The notes under the pieces were generated by a model that made no database searches, had not been told where the DNA came from, and saw only the letters and a list, made by a program, of their open reading frames with translations. A stretch of 64,000 bases of DNA from Neovahlkampfia damariscottae (lineage: Eukaryota), in contig JABLTG010000003.1 of the NCBI GenBank assembly GCA_016618085.1, forward strand, positions 62,001 through 126,000, in the 5' to 3' direction. How positions within the stretch are numbered: the stretch's first letter is position 1; each line of letters begins with the position of its first letter. A program made the translations under genes and the position numbers. Positions 48,000 to 61,487 of this stretch are shown piece by piece.

Positions 48000-50084
48000 G
48001 ATAAATGAAAACAAGGAAAACTTACTTTACCACATTGAAATGAAGCAAAAGAAGAATTAATTTAACTTTACATATTATTAATTAATTTTAACTATAAATT
48101 TGTTAATTCAAAACCAACACCAGGAAGATGGATCAAAAACTATAAAAATAAAATGTTTTTCTATTACAATTCCATTATACAATCACATTTAAATGATCAA
48201 TATTTTATCAAAACCTATGTTAAAAATGTAATAAAAGTAAATGAAAATATTGGATTTTACTTTAAAAATATTATTAAAAATTAAAGAATCTAAAAATGTT
48301 AATTAAAGAATTTGATATTAATTTTGAAAATGGTTATAAAATCCCAAATGAAAGAAAACCAAACCAACAAAACAATATGAAAATTCAAATGATAATTTAA
48401 ATTAAAAATCACAAAAGAAAGAAATTTTACTAAATTACATTTGTTGAATATGTTTAAAAAAATATATTGTATCTTATTTTATTCATAATTATCTTTATAA
48501 ATATTCAAATGGTGGTTTAAATTAATAGAATGATCTATGTTTAATATTTAAAAATTATGAAAAATCAATCAAAGTTAAAAAAGTTAACTTAAAAAAATTA
48601 GAAAAAAATTAACAATAAACTATCACTTAAAAAACAAATAGAATTTATTAACAATTTGAATGATTATTTTGAGTTTCAATCTAAAAAACAATAATATATT
48701 AAAAGAATTACTTATGTTATTAAAATCTTTAAATTAAACAGCTATATTAGCTATTACAAATCCTTTCAACACTAATAAAATATTAAAACTAGTTGGAAAA
48801 ATTAATAGTGAATCAAATATTACCATGATTAATGAAGTAGTTGTAAATGAACTAAAATAAATTTTTCAACTTACTAATATAAAATTAGTTTAACTGATGA
48901 AAAAACCACAAAGTTTTTAGTAATAAAAATCAACTTATTTTTATGAAAATTTAACAAAATTATAAATTACAAGTTAAAATTTTAAAAGGTGTTTAAGAAT
49001 TTAAAATTTTACTTAGAAATGAATTATGTTAAACAGAGGTTTTAATATGAATCTTGAAAAGTACTTTGAAACAAAGCAAAATGAAAAAAAAGAAATCAAT
49101 CAATTGGAACAACATGAATTAGATAAAAAAATTTATGAAAATCTAAAAATTCAAAAACTTTGAAAAGAAAATAAAAGCTTTCAATTAATATTTTTAATAA
49201 ATTTAATTCATATTCAATATTTATTAAAACTAGGAACTACAAAAGAAAAACTCAGTAAACACTACATTAAAAATTATAAACCATTTAAATTCAATGTAAA
49301 ACAAATTGAAAAATTTTATTACAAATATATTAAAGTAAGAGTATTGAAAGATATTTTTCAAGAAGATGATACAAATGAAATCAAATTCAATTTAAGTTTT
49401 GTTGTTACAACAAATTCAAAAAGAAAAACAATTATTACAATTGATTATTCACATTTATTAAAAATTCTACTTAATTTAAAAACAAAATTTCTTTTAATCA
49501 CTTTAACACTATCATTTATAAATGATGGTCAATCCATTACATTTGGAAAAATAAATTGTAAAGATGCTTTTTACTTGACAGCACTATTAAAAGAAAGTAA
49601 AAAATTCTTTAACTTTTTAATAGGAAATAAAGATTTCAGATGGAAGGTTTGTGCATATGGAATTAATGGAATGTCAATGTATTAAAGCATGTTTACAAAG
49701 TCAATTTTCCAAATATAATTGTTAAAAATACCTTAAAGATTGTAACATTTACAACTTCCTTACTTTGAATTATGGCATTTAAAAGAGTATTAACAAGTTT
49801 ATAATTAAATAAGGGTGGAAAATTCATCAATACCACTATTGATTCATTAAAACAAATTTGGAATATAAATGAAATAATTCCATTACTCTATGCTTATAAC
49901 TCTAAAATTGAACGTAGTAATAAAGACTTCAGATCAAAAATTCATCTCTTCAAATATCAATTGGAAATCAAAGACTATTATTGAAAGGAAATACAATTCT
50001 ACAAAAGGAAAATTGACTGTTGTAGCAAAAAATACATATGAGAAGTATTTTATTTCAAATTTTTTACTGTCAAGTGAAAAATAA
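48000..50084 (+). other. Extremely AT-rich decayed coding-like segment of unknown origin
   Basis: Hand counts give 7/60 and 6/60 G+C on lines 48241 and 48541; A-rich + strand with short reading frames (KPTPGRWIKNY..., FRWKVCAYGINGMSMY) broken by many stops and frameshifts. Confidence 0.45.
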
Positions 50085-50175
50085 ATCTTTGAATGTTTGA
50101 AATAATAGTTTAAAAAACTATCTTTGTTTATTTCACCATTAAAAAAACGAAAATAAAACATAACTGTATTCCATT

Positions 50176-50637
50176 TTAAATTTCCTTCAAAATTGATGAT
50201 TTAATTTCCAAATACTCTTCCAAAAATTCAATCTCTTTTACAACTTGTTGCTTTTCAACAAAATCTTCAAGATATTTCAATATCAATGCATCTCTAAGAT
50301 TTAATTTCTTCAAATTTTCTTCAATAATTGTCAATCTATCAAATTTATTTTTTGAAATTTCTTTGATGGCTCTTTTGGAAAATAATTTTTAATTTTTTTT
50401 GAAAAAAATGATTTCTTACTGAAGTTCACCGAATATTTGTCCAAAGGTATAATTTTGTTTTGTTCCAATAATAAAACCATCTTCAAATCCTTTTTGTCTT
50501 TCGTTTTCCACGTTGACTTGTTCCATTCCTTCATTGAAACCGATGGATTCATATTTTCTTTGGATAGATTCATTTTCTAAATCTCTCATTTTTTGTTCAT
50601 ACTCTTCATTGTTCAAATCATCATCCCATACATCCAT
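50176..50637 (-). CDS. YAE1: YAE1/LTO1-family (Yae1_N) protein
   Basis: IGFNEGMEQ...RQKGFEDGFIIG....FGQIFGEL glycine-spaced motif; one intron; stop at 50176. Confidence 0.7.
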
Positions 50638-50667
50638 TTTGTTTGGTAAAGTTTGTTGTTGTTGTTT

Positions 50668-50693
50668 ATTGGTTGAAGAAATTTCCGCCAATC
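50668..50693. promoter_or_regulatory. Outward-facing CCAAT boxes in the YAE1/GTF2H2 bidirectional promoter
   Basis: ATTGG 50668-50672 and CCAATC 50688-50693 in a 72-bp gap. Confidence 0.6.
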
Positions 50694-50709
50694 ATTGAGT
50701 ATTAAGCAA

Positions 50710-51979
50710 ATGGAAATAGAAGACGAAGACAATACTTACGTTTGGGAAAAAAAATACGTTGGAGCTTGGGAAAAAATTGAAGAAGAAATTGTAGAATCAA
50801 GAGAAAAAGGTATTTCAAAAAAATAAAATAAAAAAAAAAAATTCACACAGAAATTCATGAACAAAGAAAAAAAAGAGAAAAATTATTAGATAGAGTAAAC
50901 AATATTGTAGAAAGAGGAGTTATAAGGTTTTTATTTTTAGTGCTTGATTGGTTTGAAAAAACAAAAAATTTAAAAATTAGGTCTCATGGTTTGACGATAC
51001 GTGATCATGACTTTCAATCAAAGCGAGTTGTTTTAATTGAATCATCAACAAAATCTTTTGTTAAAGAATATTTTGATCAAAATCCAATTTGCCAAATGGG
51101 TCTAATCATCTCAAGAAATGGGATCGCTGAAAAAATTTCAGATTTAACTGGAAATCCAAAAAAAATATTAAAAGCTGTTGATGAATTACCAAAGTTTGGT
51201 GGTGATGCTTCAATGCAAAACAGTTTAGAAATTGCTTATGAATCATTTCAATCAGTTCCTGTTTATGGAACAAAAGAAATTTTGATTCTTTATTCAGCAT
51301 TGAGTTCAATTGATCCTTCTGATATTTTTGAAACTATTAAAAAATTAAAAAAAGCAAAAATTAGATGTTCTATTGTTGGATTAGGTTCTGAAATTTATGT
51401 TGGAAAATATCTGTCTAAAGAAACAGATGGAACTTATTCAATTCCTTTGACAGAAGAAAATTATAGAGAATTGATATTACAACATGCGATACCACCTCCA
51501 AGTAAAAAAGGATCAAAAATTGTATTTTCAAATTTTTTATTTCTAAAAGCAATAGAATCCATCGTTAATTTCAATGGGCTTTCCACAAAAGAGACCTGAT
51601 ACATTAAATGCAATGTGTATATGTCATAAAGATATTACGCCTGGAGGTTATTTGTGCCCAAGATGTAAATGAAAATAATACATAATTTAACTAGAAAATA
51701 GGTTCAAGTAAACATTGTCAATTGCCAGTTGATTGTGAGATTTGCAAACTTTCTTTGGTATCAAGTCCACATTTAGCACGTTCATATCATCATTTATTTC
51801 CTGTTAAATCGTATAAAGAAATTGAACCAGAAACCAATATGAATTGCGCTTCTTGTCAAAAATATTTGATAAAAGGTAATAGTTTGTTTTTGCAATGTCC
51901 AGATTGTTCAGGAGTCTTTTGTTTTGATTGTGATCAATTTATACATGATTCACTTCATAATTGTCCAACTTGTGAATAA
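50710..51979 (+). CDS. GTF2H2: TFIIH subunit p44 (SSL1)
   Basis: YVWEK, vWA domain EYFDQNPICQMGLI, SSIDPSDI, MGFP, GYLCPRC, LVSSPHLARSYHHLFP, C-terminal CxDCDxFIHDSLHNCPTC. Confidence 0.96.
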
Positions 51980-52078
51980 ATTTTCCTCCTGTAAAATGTT
52001 CTAAAAATAAAACTAAGTATCTAATTTCCAACCAATAAACAAGCACTAGCTAACCTCAGGTGGATCTGTATTCTTTGA

Positions 52079-52510
52079 ATGTCATACGAACAACTTTCAA
52101 AATCAAAGTTCTATCCAGTGGAAACGAGAAAGTACCTTCAAAATTGGTATGACGAACATTCAGAAAATGGTTTTTGCTACCCAACACAAGAAGATAAAAT
52201 AGATCTTGGTAATTTCGAAATTGAATTCTAACATTCAGCAAAAACAACCAGACTTTCGATGGGACAGGTTAACACCTGGTTCACTAACACAAGAAGAAAG
52301 TTCAGAAAAAATATTGAAAAAAAAAATCGAGATGCATCTTCGAATTCGCATCTTGTAGTAAAACTCGATGCAAATGACCATGGTTTTCCAAATCCACATC
52401 ATATGCAGTTGTATAAAACACAAAAAATGGACTTGAAGTTTTTGGACAACGAACAACCAAATGAAATTCTTTGCAACAGATTTCTGGTGGAAAATCTTGG
52501 TTGTGATTGA
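52079..52510 (+). CDS. TALE-class homeobox transcription factor
   Basis: After intron 52209-52238: ETRKYLQNWYDEHSENGFCYPTQEDKIDLAKTTRLSMGQVNTWFTNTRRK. Confidence 0.85.
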
Positions 52511-52996
52511 AGTTTTGTATTAATACATTTTTCTAATTTGACTCAAATTTTCTTTTTGCTCGTTCGACTGCGGTTTTCTTTGGATTAAATTTGTTGCTTT
52601 TTTGTCGATACCAAAAAAACATTTCAGCCACTAATTTTTTATTTTTGAAGTGATAGTTTCTTTTGAAATTTCAGACCATACAATGACCAAAATCGATAGG
52701 ACAAGTATTTTTTTTAACTAAAAAATTTATTTTGGACAGATGAAACAAATAATGTTTTGAGATTATGTTTTAGTTTATGGATTTCATCAAGATCTTCAAC
52801 AAATTTAGACATCTCGGCAATTTTTTTTTGTTTTCCGCCTTTTATTCATAAGATTAGCAGAAAGAAGTTCGATATTTCAGGTTGTTGATCAATTGTTAAT
52901 GAATTTGTGTCTCTTTTTCACCATTGTTTTTTTGGTTTCCAAAATCTATATGATTGGTCAAATTATTTTGCTTCTTTAGTACGTGTCACGCACAAA

Positions 52997-53719
52997 ATGG
53001 ACAAAATATTTTTATTTTATTTTTTTTTCATTCAAATGGTTTTTACTTCAGAAGTAATTTTAAACTTCAATTTGAATGAAAAAAACTCAACTGCTCTGGA
53101 TTTTCGAAGAGTAAATTCAAGGAAAAAAAAAAAAATTAAAAAAGTTAGAATTGTTCAACTCTCATAACATCAAAATATTCATGTAATTTAAATCAAAGTT
53201 GTATATTAGGAATGAATTATATCGCAGATTGTCAAGGAAATTCATCAATTTGTGATTTTCCAAAATTTAAAAAAGAATACACCTGTAATTATTGCTGGCA
53301 ATTGCCTGACCATCTTCAAATATGCCATTCTGAATTTGAAAATTCATGTGAAAGTGGCGTTGATGTTTTAAAGTACAAATGCGAAACAGAAAAACATACA
53401 CTTTGTTTTGGAAATAGAACATTTGAAAAATATCAAACATGTCGATTTACAACTGGAAAAAAATGGCCAATTGCTTTGTTTTTAAGTATATTTTTTGGTG
53501 CTTTTGGTTTAGACAGGTTTTATTTGGGATATATTGGATTTGGATTTTTGAAACTTTTCACACTTGGAGGTAAAAGAAGAAAACTAAATTTTTTGTTTTA
53601 GGTCTGGGCAGTTGGGTATTGGTTGATGCAGGTCAGAAAAAAAAAAGTTTTTTTAACATAAAAAAGTTTTAATTTCCATTGGTTATTTACAGCCTGGTGA
53701 TGGTTCTGTTTATTATTAA
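52997..53719 (+). CDS. TM2D3: TM2 domain-containing protein (TM2D3/Almondex-like)
   Basis: Signal peptide, CNYCWQLP, CFGNRTFEK...C.FTTGKKWPIALFLSIFFGAFGLDRFYLG, ending GYLQPGDGSVYY*. Confidence 0.85.
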
Positions 53720-53729
53720 TATAATCAAT

Positions 53730-54696
53730 TTAAATAAACTTCGGTGAATCTTTTAATGATAATATTTCAATTTTATCACCAATTTTAATTCTTCCTTCAC
53801 TTTCGTGTAAAAGATTAACTCCGAAAAGTTGTTCTTCACTTCCTTTCATAATTACTGTCCTATACTCTTTTAAAGTACTTCTTGGCTCTTTAGAAACATC
53901 TCCTGTATCAGGGTCAACATTTGGAAGAGTGCATCTTGTACAAGGCTTTACGTTATGATACTTGATGTCGCCAATTTTGAATGTTTTCCATTTGTCTTCT
54001 TCGTATGCGTCTGAACCTGAAACAACAATATTAGGTCTAAAAATTCTCATGTCCAATTTTCTTGTTGAAATTCTAGATTGCAAATCAGCAAGTGAAGATT
54101 CGTTTGTAAGTAAAAATGGATAACCATCTTGAAATAAAGTTCCTTCGTTTTTGAATGAAACATCTTTTTTTGAGTATGGTCTATAGTGATCAGATGCTGT
54201 AACCACTAATCTAACTTTTTTTTCCAAAAAGTTTTGAAACCATTTTGCAGCTTCGTCACCACAATCAACAGCTGAAACAACATCATTCCAAATTTGAACA
54301 TCAATTCTATTTCTTGATTCTTCTAGCTCTTTTATATCCAAGAATTCCAATTTTTGATCAACTCCTGGAGCAGAAATTGTTAAAGCACCTTCTTTGGTGA
54401 TTATTGTTTCAACTAAACACATTTTTGGAATTTCTCTTTGAGTAGCGTGGTTTTTTGTTTTTTCATAAATTAACATAAATCTTAAAAGGTTGAGTTGATT
54501 TTGAAGGTTACTTTCTGTCATATAATAAACCAGTTTTATCGATATACCATTCATCCACTTCCATAGGTTTACAACTTTTCACTGGATGAACATATAATTT
54601 TGATACTTTTATTTCATGTTTTTTTTGTTCATTATTCTTTTTGAAGAACAAATACAAAACCAAAATGACAACCACTCCAACTAAAATTGTGTACAT
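53730..54696 (-). CDS. MTARC: MOSC-domain molybdoenzyme (mARC-like)
   Basis: N-terminal TM, LYVHPVKSCK, YDR, FQDGYPFLL, FRPNIVV, KPCTRCTLPNVDPDTG, FGVNL; one intron at ~54482-54511. Confidence 0.9.
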
Positions 54697-54866
54697 TTTG
54701 ATTGGACAAGGAAAAAAATTATTTTACTTTGATTTAAACATTTTAAAACATCTAAAAAGCAAAAATTTAAATGTCAATTTTGTAACGGATTTTTGTATTT
54801 ATCCAATCAAATTATTATCCTTCCAAAATCTCTTTGATTGGTCATTTCTATTTTTTTAAAAGAAAA

Positions 54867-57800
54867 ATGAGTGACAAACCTAAACCTGACCAAGCGAGTA
54901 GTTTCAGCAAACTATTCTACAAAAAAAAGAAAGATCCAGGTGGAGGTGGTAATGATGCATTATCTCCTCATGGACACGAAAGTTTATCAGATGAAGAAAA
55001 AAAGTTAAATAGAAGGTCTTTATTTACAGATTTTACCATTGGAAATTTATTTAACGGTCAAAATAAATCTCTTCAAAGAATGGATTCAGCACATTCAAGT
55101 AAAGGTTCAGCAAGTCCAAGAAATAGCGGTAAAAATGTCTTATCTAGTCCAAGAAGAGTTGAATCGGTAAAATATCCATGGTTTATTTTTAATTGTTTTA
55201 AAAGATGGATATAAAAAGATCTCCTTCTGAAAAATCTTTAACAAGTGACGGAAGTAATTTTTTCGCGCAATTTTTAATTCTTTTGATTTAGCCGAAGATG
55301 ATTCCGCAGATACACTTTCAGATAGAAGATTAAACGATCACAGAAAATCAGGTTCTTCAAAAATTCCAGAATCTTCTCCATTCACGGTAGAATCACCAAG
55401 TGGAGAAATTTCAAAAGTTCTTGAAAAAAAAAGATCAGCAACCATCAGAACTTCTGAAAATGATGGAAATCCAGAAGTGTCCTCATATAACAACCTTGTA
55501 ATTTAGTTTTTCTTTTTAATTTTATTCACGTATAGCTTAACGTAAAAAATTACAAAGAAACACTTGAAGAATCATATAAAAAAGATGATTTAATTTTAGA
55601 TACTTTACAACAAAAAGATACAACTACTGACATCATGAATATTGTCAAAGAAAAAAATTTAAGTCAACCTGAATACTATATTGAAGAAGAAAAACCATCA
55701 GATGAAAAAGTGAATCAATTATCCATATTTTTAGTAATTTTTTTTGAATTCATTTTTAAAACTCTCTCAAATAGAAAGAAACACCAAATGCACCAAAACA
55801 TTTAGTAGAAGCTTTAGAAATTAGTGAAAGAGAATTAATTTATATTAGAATACCTTCTCAAGAAGAACCTGAAGAAATGGATCAATCACCAAGAAAGTTC
55901 AAAAATGACATTGTTTATGAAGTTGATGAAGAAAGAAAATTTGATTCTTTTGATGAAGAAAGGGGTTCTGATGCAAGTTTAGATGATTTTAAAAAAGAAA
56001 CAAAAAAAATTCAAATTAAAAAAAATATACCTGAAATACTTTCAAAAGATCCAATGGTTTCAAAAACAATGCTTGAAGGACATGTCAGAGTAAGTTTATT
56101 TTTTAATTTTTTATTCTTTTTTTTCAGTCTGAACCTTTTATTAAATTATTTGAATCAAGTTCATCACTTTTTGAAGCAAAGAATATTTTGAAAATGAATC
56201 GTCATAAAGATCCACTGAATAGTAGTTTTAGAGCTGATTGTTTTAATGTGTAAGAGTTTTTATTTTTTTTAACTCTTTTTTTTTTATCAGTAATAAGTCT
56301 TTGACTCACATTTTATTTTCACCTATAACTTTTTGTTTTGAAAAAATATATTCAGTTTTTCCACAATTTCAGGAAGATTTATATTGCTCAGTTACTCTTT
56401 ATTCACTTCCTTTTGATAGACATAAAAAAAGTGAACTTGCAAATTTACAAGATGAAGATATAAAACAAATTAGTGAAACTTTTAAATTTCAACTTGATGT
56501 TACAAATCCAACAGCACTTTCAAAGATACTAAATAAAATTGGAAAAGATAAAAAAAGAGAAAAAATTGATTACAAGTCAAAATCTGAACAAGGTCTTTTC
56601 ACAAATGTGAGTAATTTCGAAAGAGCATATTTCTTCTTCAAATTTTCAAGAGGTTTTAAAAGAGAAGAAACAGAAACTATTAATGATTTTTATGTCACTC
56701 CAGAAAAGGTTTGTTTTTGTTTTTTTAATTTTATTATGTGAACAGTTCAAACAAAGTCAAATTGAAAATTCATTGAAAAAAATAAAACCATTAGAAAAAG
56801 TTTTTGAAGATAAATTAACACCTTTTGCTTGGGGTTGTTGTAATTTGTTTGATGCAGTTAAAGCTAAAATGGTTGATCTGACAGAGATTTATCAATTGAA
56901 TATTTTTCCACCTGCATCTCATTTAATTAAATGTAAAATAACAAAAGAAATAGAACCACAAGCATGGAATCAATTAAAAACACGTCCAATTAAACTTGAT
57001 TCAATTATTTTATTAAGCTCATTGACAAAGTTGAATTTTGGTCAATCCAGAAAATACATTGAATCTAATCCTTGTTTTACAATCACACCAAAAAGTGGAA
57101 TTGCAAAAGAATTATTGAGCTTTGATCGTACAGGAGATGAAGTTTTAAGTACTGCAAATTATATGTACATTTATCCAAGACAAATTAGTTTACCACATAA
57201 ATATCATTACAAAAATATTTATATTGAAATTTCTTTACATGAAAATGATGAAGGATCACCTCCATTAAAAGCATTTTTTGATCCTGTTACAGGTGAAATT
57301 AAAAATTCAATTCAAACTGAATTGGAGTACAAGAGTAAAAGAACAAACAAACTTAACTTTTAAAAAGATTATAACTCACAATTTACTGATGAAATTAAAA
57401 TGCTTTTACCTTCAAATATTACAAAAAGTCATCACATTTTATTTAAATTTCATCATGCTTTTCATAAACTCAACAGCAAAATTTACTACTCTTTCATTGG
57501 TTATCAATTTGTTGATGTAAGAAAATTTTAAAAAAAAATTAATTTTTAAAAAGATTGAAAGTTTAGTTCAAAGAAGAAAAGATGAATTACGTTTACCTGT
57601 TTATATTGTTGAAAGAGATGTTTTAAAACCTGGTTACAGAGGTGGTAATTATGATAAATATGATGGTGGTAAAAAAGTATTTCACTTTGGATTTTCAATT
57701 CAATCAACTGTTCATGTGGAACACAGTGATTTCAAACCTTTTTTTGATGTAGTTGATTCTGGTATTAATGATGTTGATAATGGAACATTAATTCAAGCAC

Positions 57801-60800
57801 TGCGTTCAATTGCAAATATCAAAAAAGGACAAAATATGGATGCTTCATTTTTACTTTTAATCTTGGAAAATTTATTTAAAGTATTGGATAGTGATAGAGA
57901 TTCAAAGTTAAAGAAACAAGCATTTTTACCATTAATGCATCTTTTTGATTTATTTTTTATTAATGATAAAACACATGCTCATTTATTCGCTTATTATATC
58001 AAATATGTTATGAATTTCCCAAATGTTCATGAAGAGATTTTAGGATGTATTGTTACATTTATTGAAAATAACAAAGTTGAAAATACATTATTATCATTAC
58101 CTTATTTCAATTCAATTTTAATGAAATCTATGATATTAAAAATTAAAGAAGATCCAAAATATGAATTTTCAAAATCATTTAGAAAATTATTACATGTTTA
58201 TGTTTCAAGTATTGCAAGTTTAATGATGGAAATTTATGCAATTTCATCATCTGATAATCCAGAATTGAATGCAAAAAAGAAAATATTATTGATTGATGCT
58301 AATGGTGAAATTGGATCTCTTTTAAGATTCTTTTTATCATTTGTTGATAGATCTTCTGTTTTACAGTTAATTTCAACTTATTCTTCAAGATTAATGATTC
58401 TTAAAACAAAAAAGAATGTTCAAATTAATTTAACATTACAAATTTTATTTTATCAAGAAATTTTCAAATACTCAAATTATATGCTTTTATTTTTACCAAA
58501 AGAAGAAGGAAAGAATTATTTTCTTTTTAATGGTTTCATTGAAATATTTAAACAATGTATGAATTGTGAAGAAAGAGATGTTAGATTTTCTGCAATTATT
58601 ACATTTAGAGAATTAATTTTAAAAACAACTAATGATCCAAGATATGAAAAATATCAAAAGAGAATTTCAAAAATGTTTCTTCATTTGATTGAAGAATTTT
58701 TACCAGTTTTTCCAGACTGGAAAATACATTGTGAAAAAAAAGTTGAAGAAAAAACGTTACGTATTAGATCAAGTGAACAAAAAATTGCAGATACAGAACC
58801 ACTTCTTTCAAATTTATCAACTGGAGATCCAAAAGAAAAATTAATGATAGAAATGATTAAAGCAGCAAAAAGAACAATTGAAGTTCAAGAAAGAGATTTA
58901 AAAATTGAAATTTTAATTTCAAAAAATGAAAAGAAACATTTATTCACTTCACTCATTCAAATTTTAGAAAGTTTAGAAAAATCAGATTTTGAAAGTTGGT
59001 TTCAATCAAAAACATTTTCATCTCAATTTATGAGTGGATATTTTTTAAATTTATTACAAACTATTGTTGAATCATTTGCATATCTTGGAACAAAAAAATT
59101 ACTTGATGTTTTTGAAGGTATTTTAGTAATTTCAAAAGCCAAATCTGAAAAAGAAGCAAAAACTAAAGAACCATCACCAGAAGATGAATCAGGATTATTA
59201 GTTTTTAATATTCAACCTGGTACAAGATTATCAGCAAGAAAATCATTTGTTTCAATGTCTTTATTATCACAAGATGATAAACCAATTAATACATCACATG
59301 ATGTTATACCAGAAGATCAAGTTAGATTAAGATCACCATTTTTGAAACAATTATGTCATCGATCTTCATTATTTGTTTTTGAAGTTTTAAATTTATTTAT
59401 TGAAATCAATAAGGATTCAGTTTTCAAATCTGATAATATTATTTCTAATAGTATTGAAGATACCATTTTAAAAATCTTCATTTCTTATTTATCAACGAAT
59501 CAAAGTGAATCTGTACTTGTTATGATATTATGTTATTTAAAATATTTTATGAGTCAACAAATTCATGGTATTTTAAAAATTGGTGAAAAATTTTCAAAAC
59601 AATTAATGAATTTATGTCAAAGTCAACTTGAAGATGTTCGTCGTCATGCAAGTGCAACTTATTATTTATTTGTTAGATTTGCATTTGAAGCAACAAAAGG
59701 AATTTCAAGACCAAAATTAATTGCAACAAGATCTTTATCAAAAATACTTGATGATGAACATTCAAATAAAATACAATTAGTTAAAACATTCAAAGAAATT
59801 CAAAATTATCCAATTCAAGATACTGATTTACCAAATGGAAAAAGAACAAGATTAAAAGTTGATGAACAACCACTGCTTTCACCAAGAGATAAGAAATCTT
59901 CATTTAGAATGAAACCACAAATTTCATCACCAAAAGAAGAACCAAATGAAAAAAAAGAAATTTTGAATAATGAAGTTGTTCCTTTTAAAGAAGAAATTGA
60001 AAGTTTAGGACAAAGATTAAAATCATTATTGAATGATACTGTTGCAGAAGTTAAGAACAAAAATTCAAATAATACCTATGGATATGAAGAATTACTTATC
60101 AGAATTTCAAATGGTTACAGTCATGTTCCACAACTTAGAATTGATTGGTTAATTAAATTAGCAGATCATCATACAAGTGAAAAGTTCAAATTACGTAAAA
60201 ACTTTATTGAAGCAGCTGAATGTTATGTTTTAATGATTAGAATTGCATTTGATATGATTAAAGATGAAGAAGAGTTAGAAGGAATTCCAGTTGAATTGTT
60301 AATTGATGTTAATCCATATCCACCATATCCAATTTTAGCATCTGCTTCAAATGATGAATCTGAAGAATCAGTTGAAGAACAAACAAAATCAGAAGAATTT
60401 TCACAAGATAATTTAATTAGAATGATTGAAAAGGCAGCTGATTTATATAACAAAGGTGAATTCTATGAAAAATCAGCAATGATGAATAAGCTTTTATTAT
60501 CATTCTATGAAAAGACATATAATTATCAAAGATTATCAGAAATTCATGAAAAGATTATGTCATCTTATAAACAAATTCATTTAAGTTTAATTGAAAAAAG
60601 AAGATTTTTCCCAAGTTATTATAGAATTGGATTTTATGGAAAAGGAATGAAACAACTGAATGGAAAACAATTCATTTATAAAATGAAAAAGAATTGTAAA
60701 TTATATGAAGTTGTTAAATTAGTAAAAGAATGGACAAAAGAATTTGGAAATGTTCAATTAATTGAACATTCAGGTGCAGTTAAACCAACTGATATAAAAG

Positions 60801-61456
60801 AAGGAAATATTTATGCACAAATTACTTATGTTCAACCTTATATTGATCCTTTAGAACCAAAAACTATTCCAAGAAAAACAAAATATCAAAAGAATACTGA
60901 TATTCATAAATTCTTCTTTGAAACATCATATAAACCTGATGATTGGAAAAAAGCAGATGCAAATGATATTGAAAAATCACAAAAGAAAAGAACAATTTTA
61001 GTTGCAGAACATCATTTTCCATCATTATCAACAAGATTACCAATTATTTCAGAATCTTCAAATTTAATTATTTCACCAATTGAATGTGCTTGTGAAATTA
61101 TTGAAGAAAGAAATTCTTTATTGGATGAAATACTTTCAATTCATCCAATTGATTTATCACAATTACAATTGCAATTATCAGGTGCAGTTCAAGCAAAAGT
61201 TAATGGTGGACCTTGTGATTATGTTGAAAAGTTTTTAGGTCAACCTGAAAAATATCCAGTCAATGATCCTTTAGTTATTCGTTTAAATACTGCTTGTAAA
61301 ATATTTTTACAAATGTGTAAATCTGCAGTTTGGAATGAAGATAAAATTTTACTTGCTGATAAAACAACTCCAAGTCCAACTGTTCAGAAATTACATGAAG
61401 AATTACAAAAAGGTTATCAAGAAACAAAAGATTTTATTGAAAGATATATTTTTTAA
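54867..61456 (+). CDS. DOCK-family Rho/Rac GEF (DOCK-C/D, zizimin-like) with DHR-1 and DHR-2
   Basis: Ser-rich N-terminus, PFAWG, DHR-1 NYMYIYP...EIKMLLP..HILFKFHH, DHR-2 YYRIGFYG, QITYVQPY, LQLQLSGAVQAKVNGGP; several short 5' introns. Confidence 0.9.
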
Positions 61457-61487
61457 ATTTTAAAATGTAAAATAAAAATTTTTAAAA

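Noticed and set aside
49755..49785. LPYFELWHL, reminiscent of the RloB PxFELW motif
   Set aside because: An isolated short match in decayed sequence with no other RloB/TOPRIM motifs.
50638..50691. Poly-Gln N-terminal extension of the YAE1-like ORF
   Set aside because: It depends on a non-ATG start; the CAA run lies in the bidirectional promoter/5' UTR.
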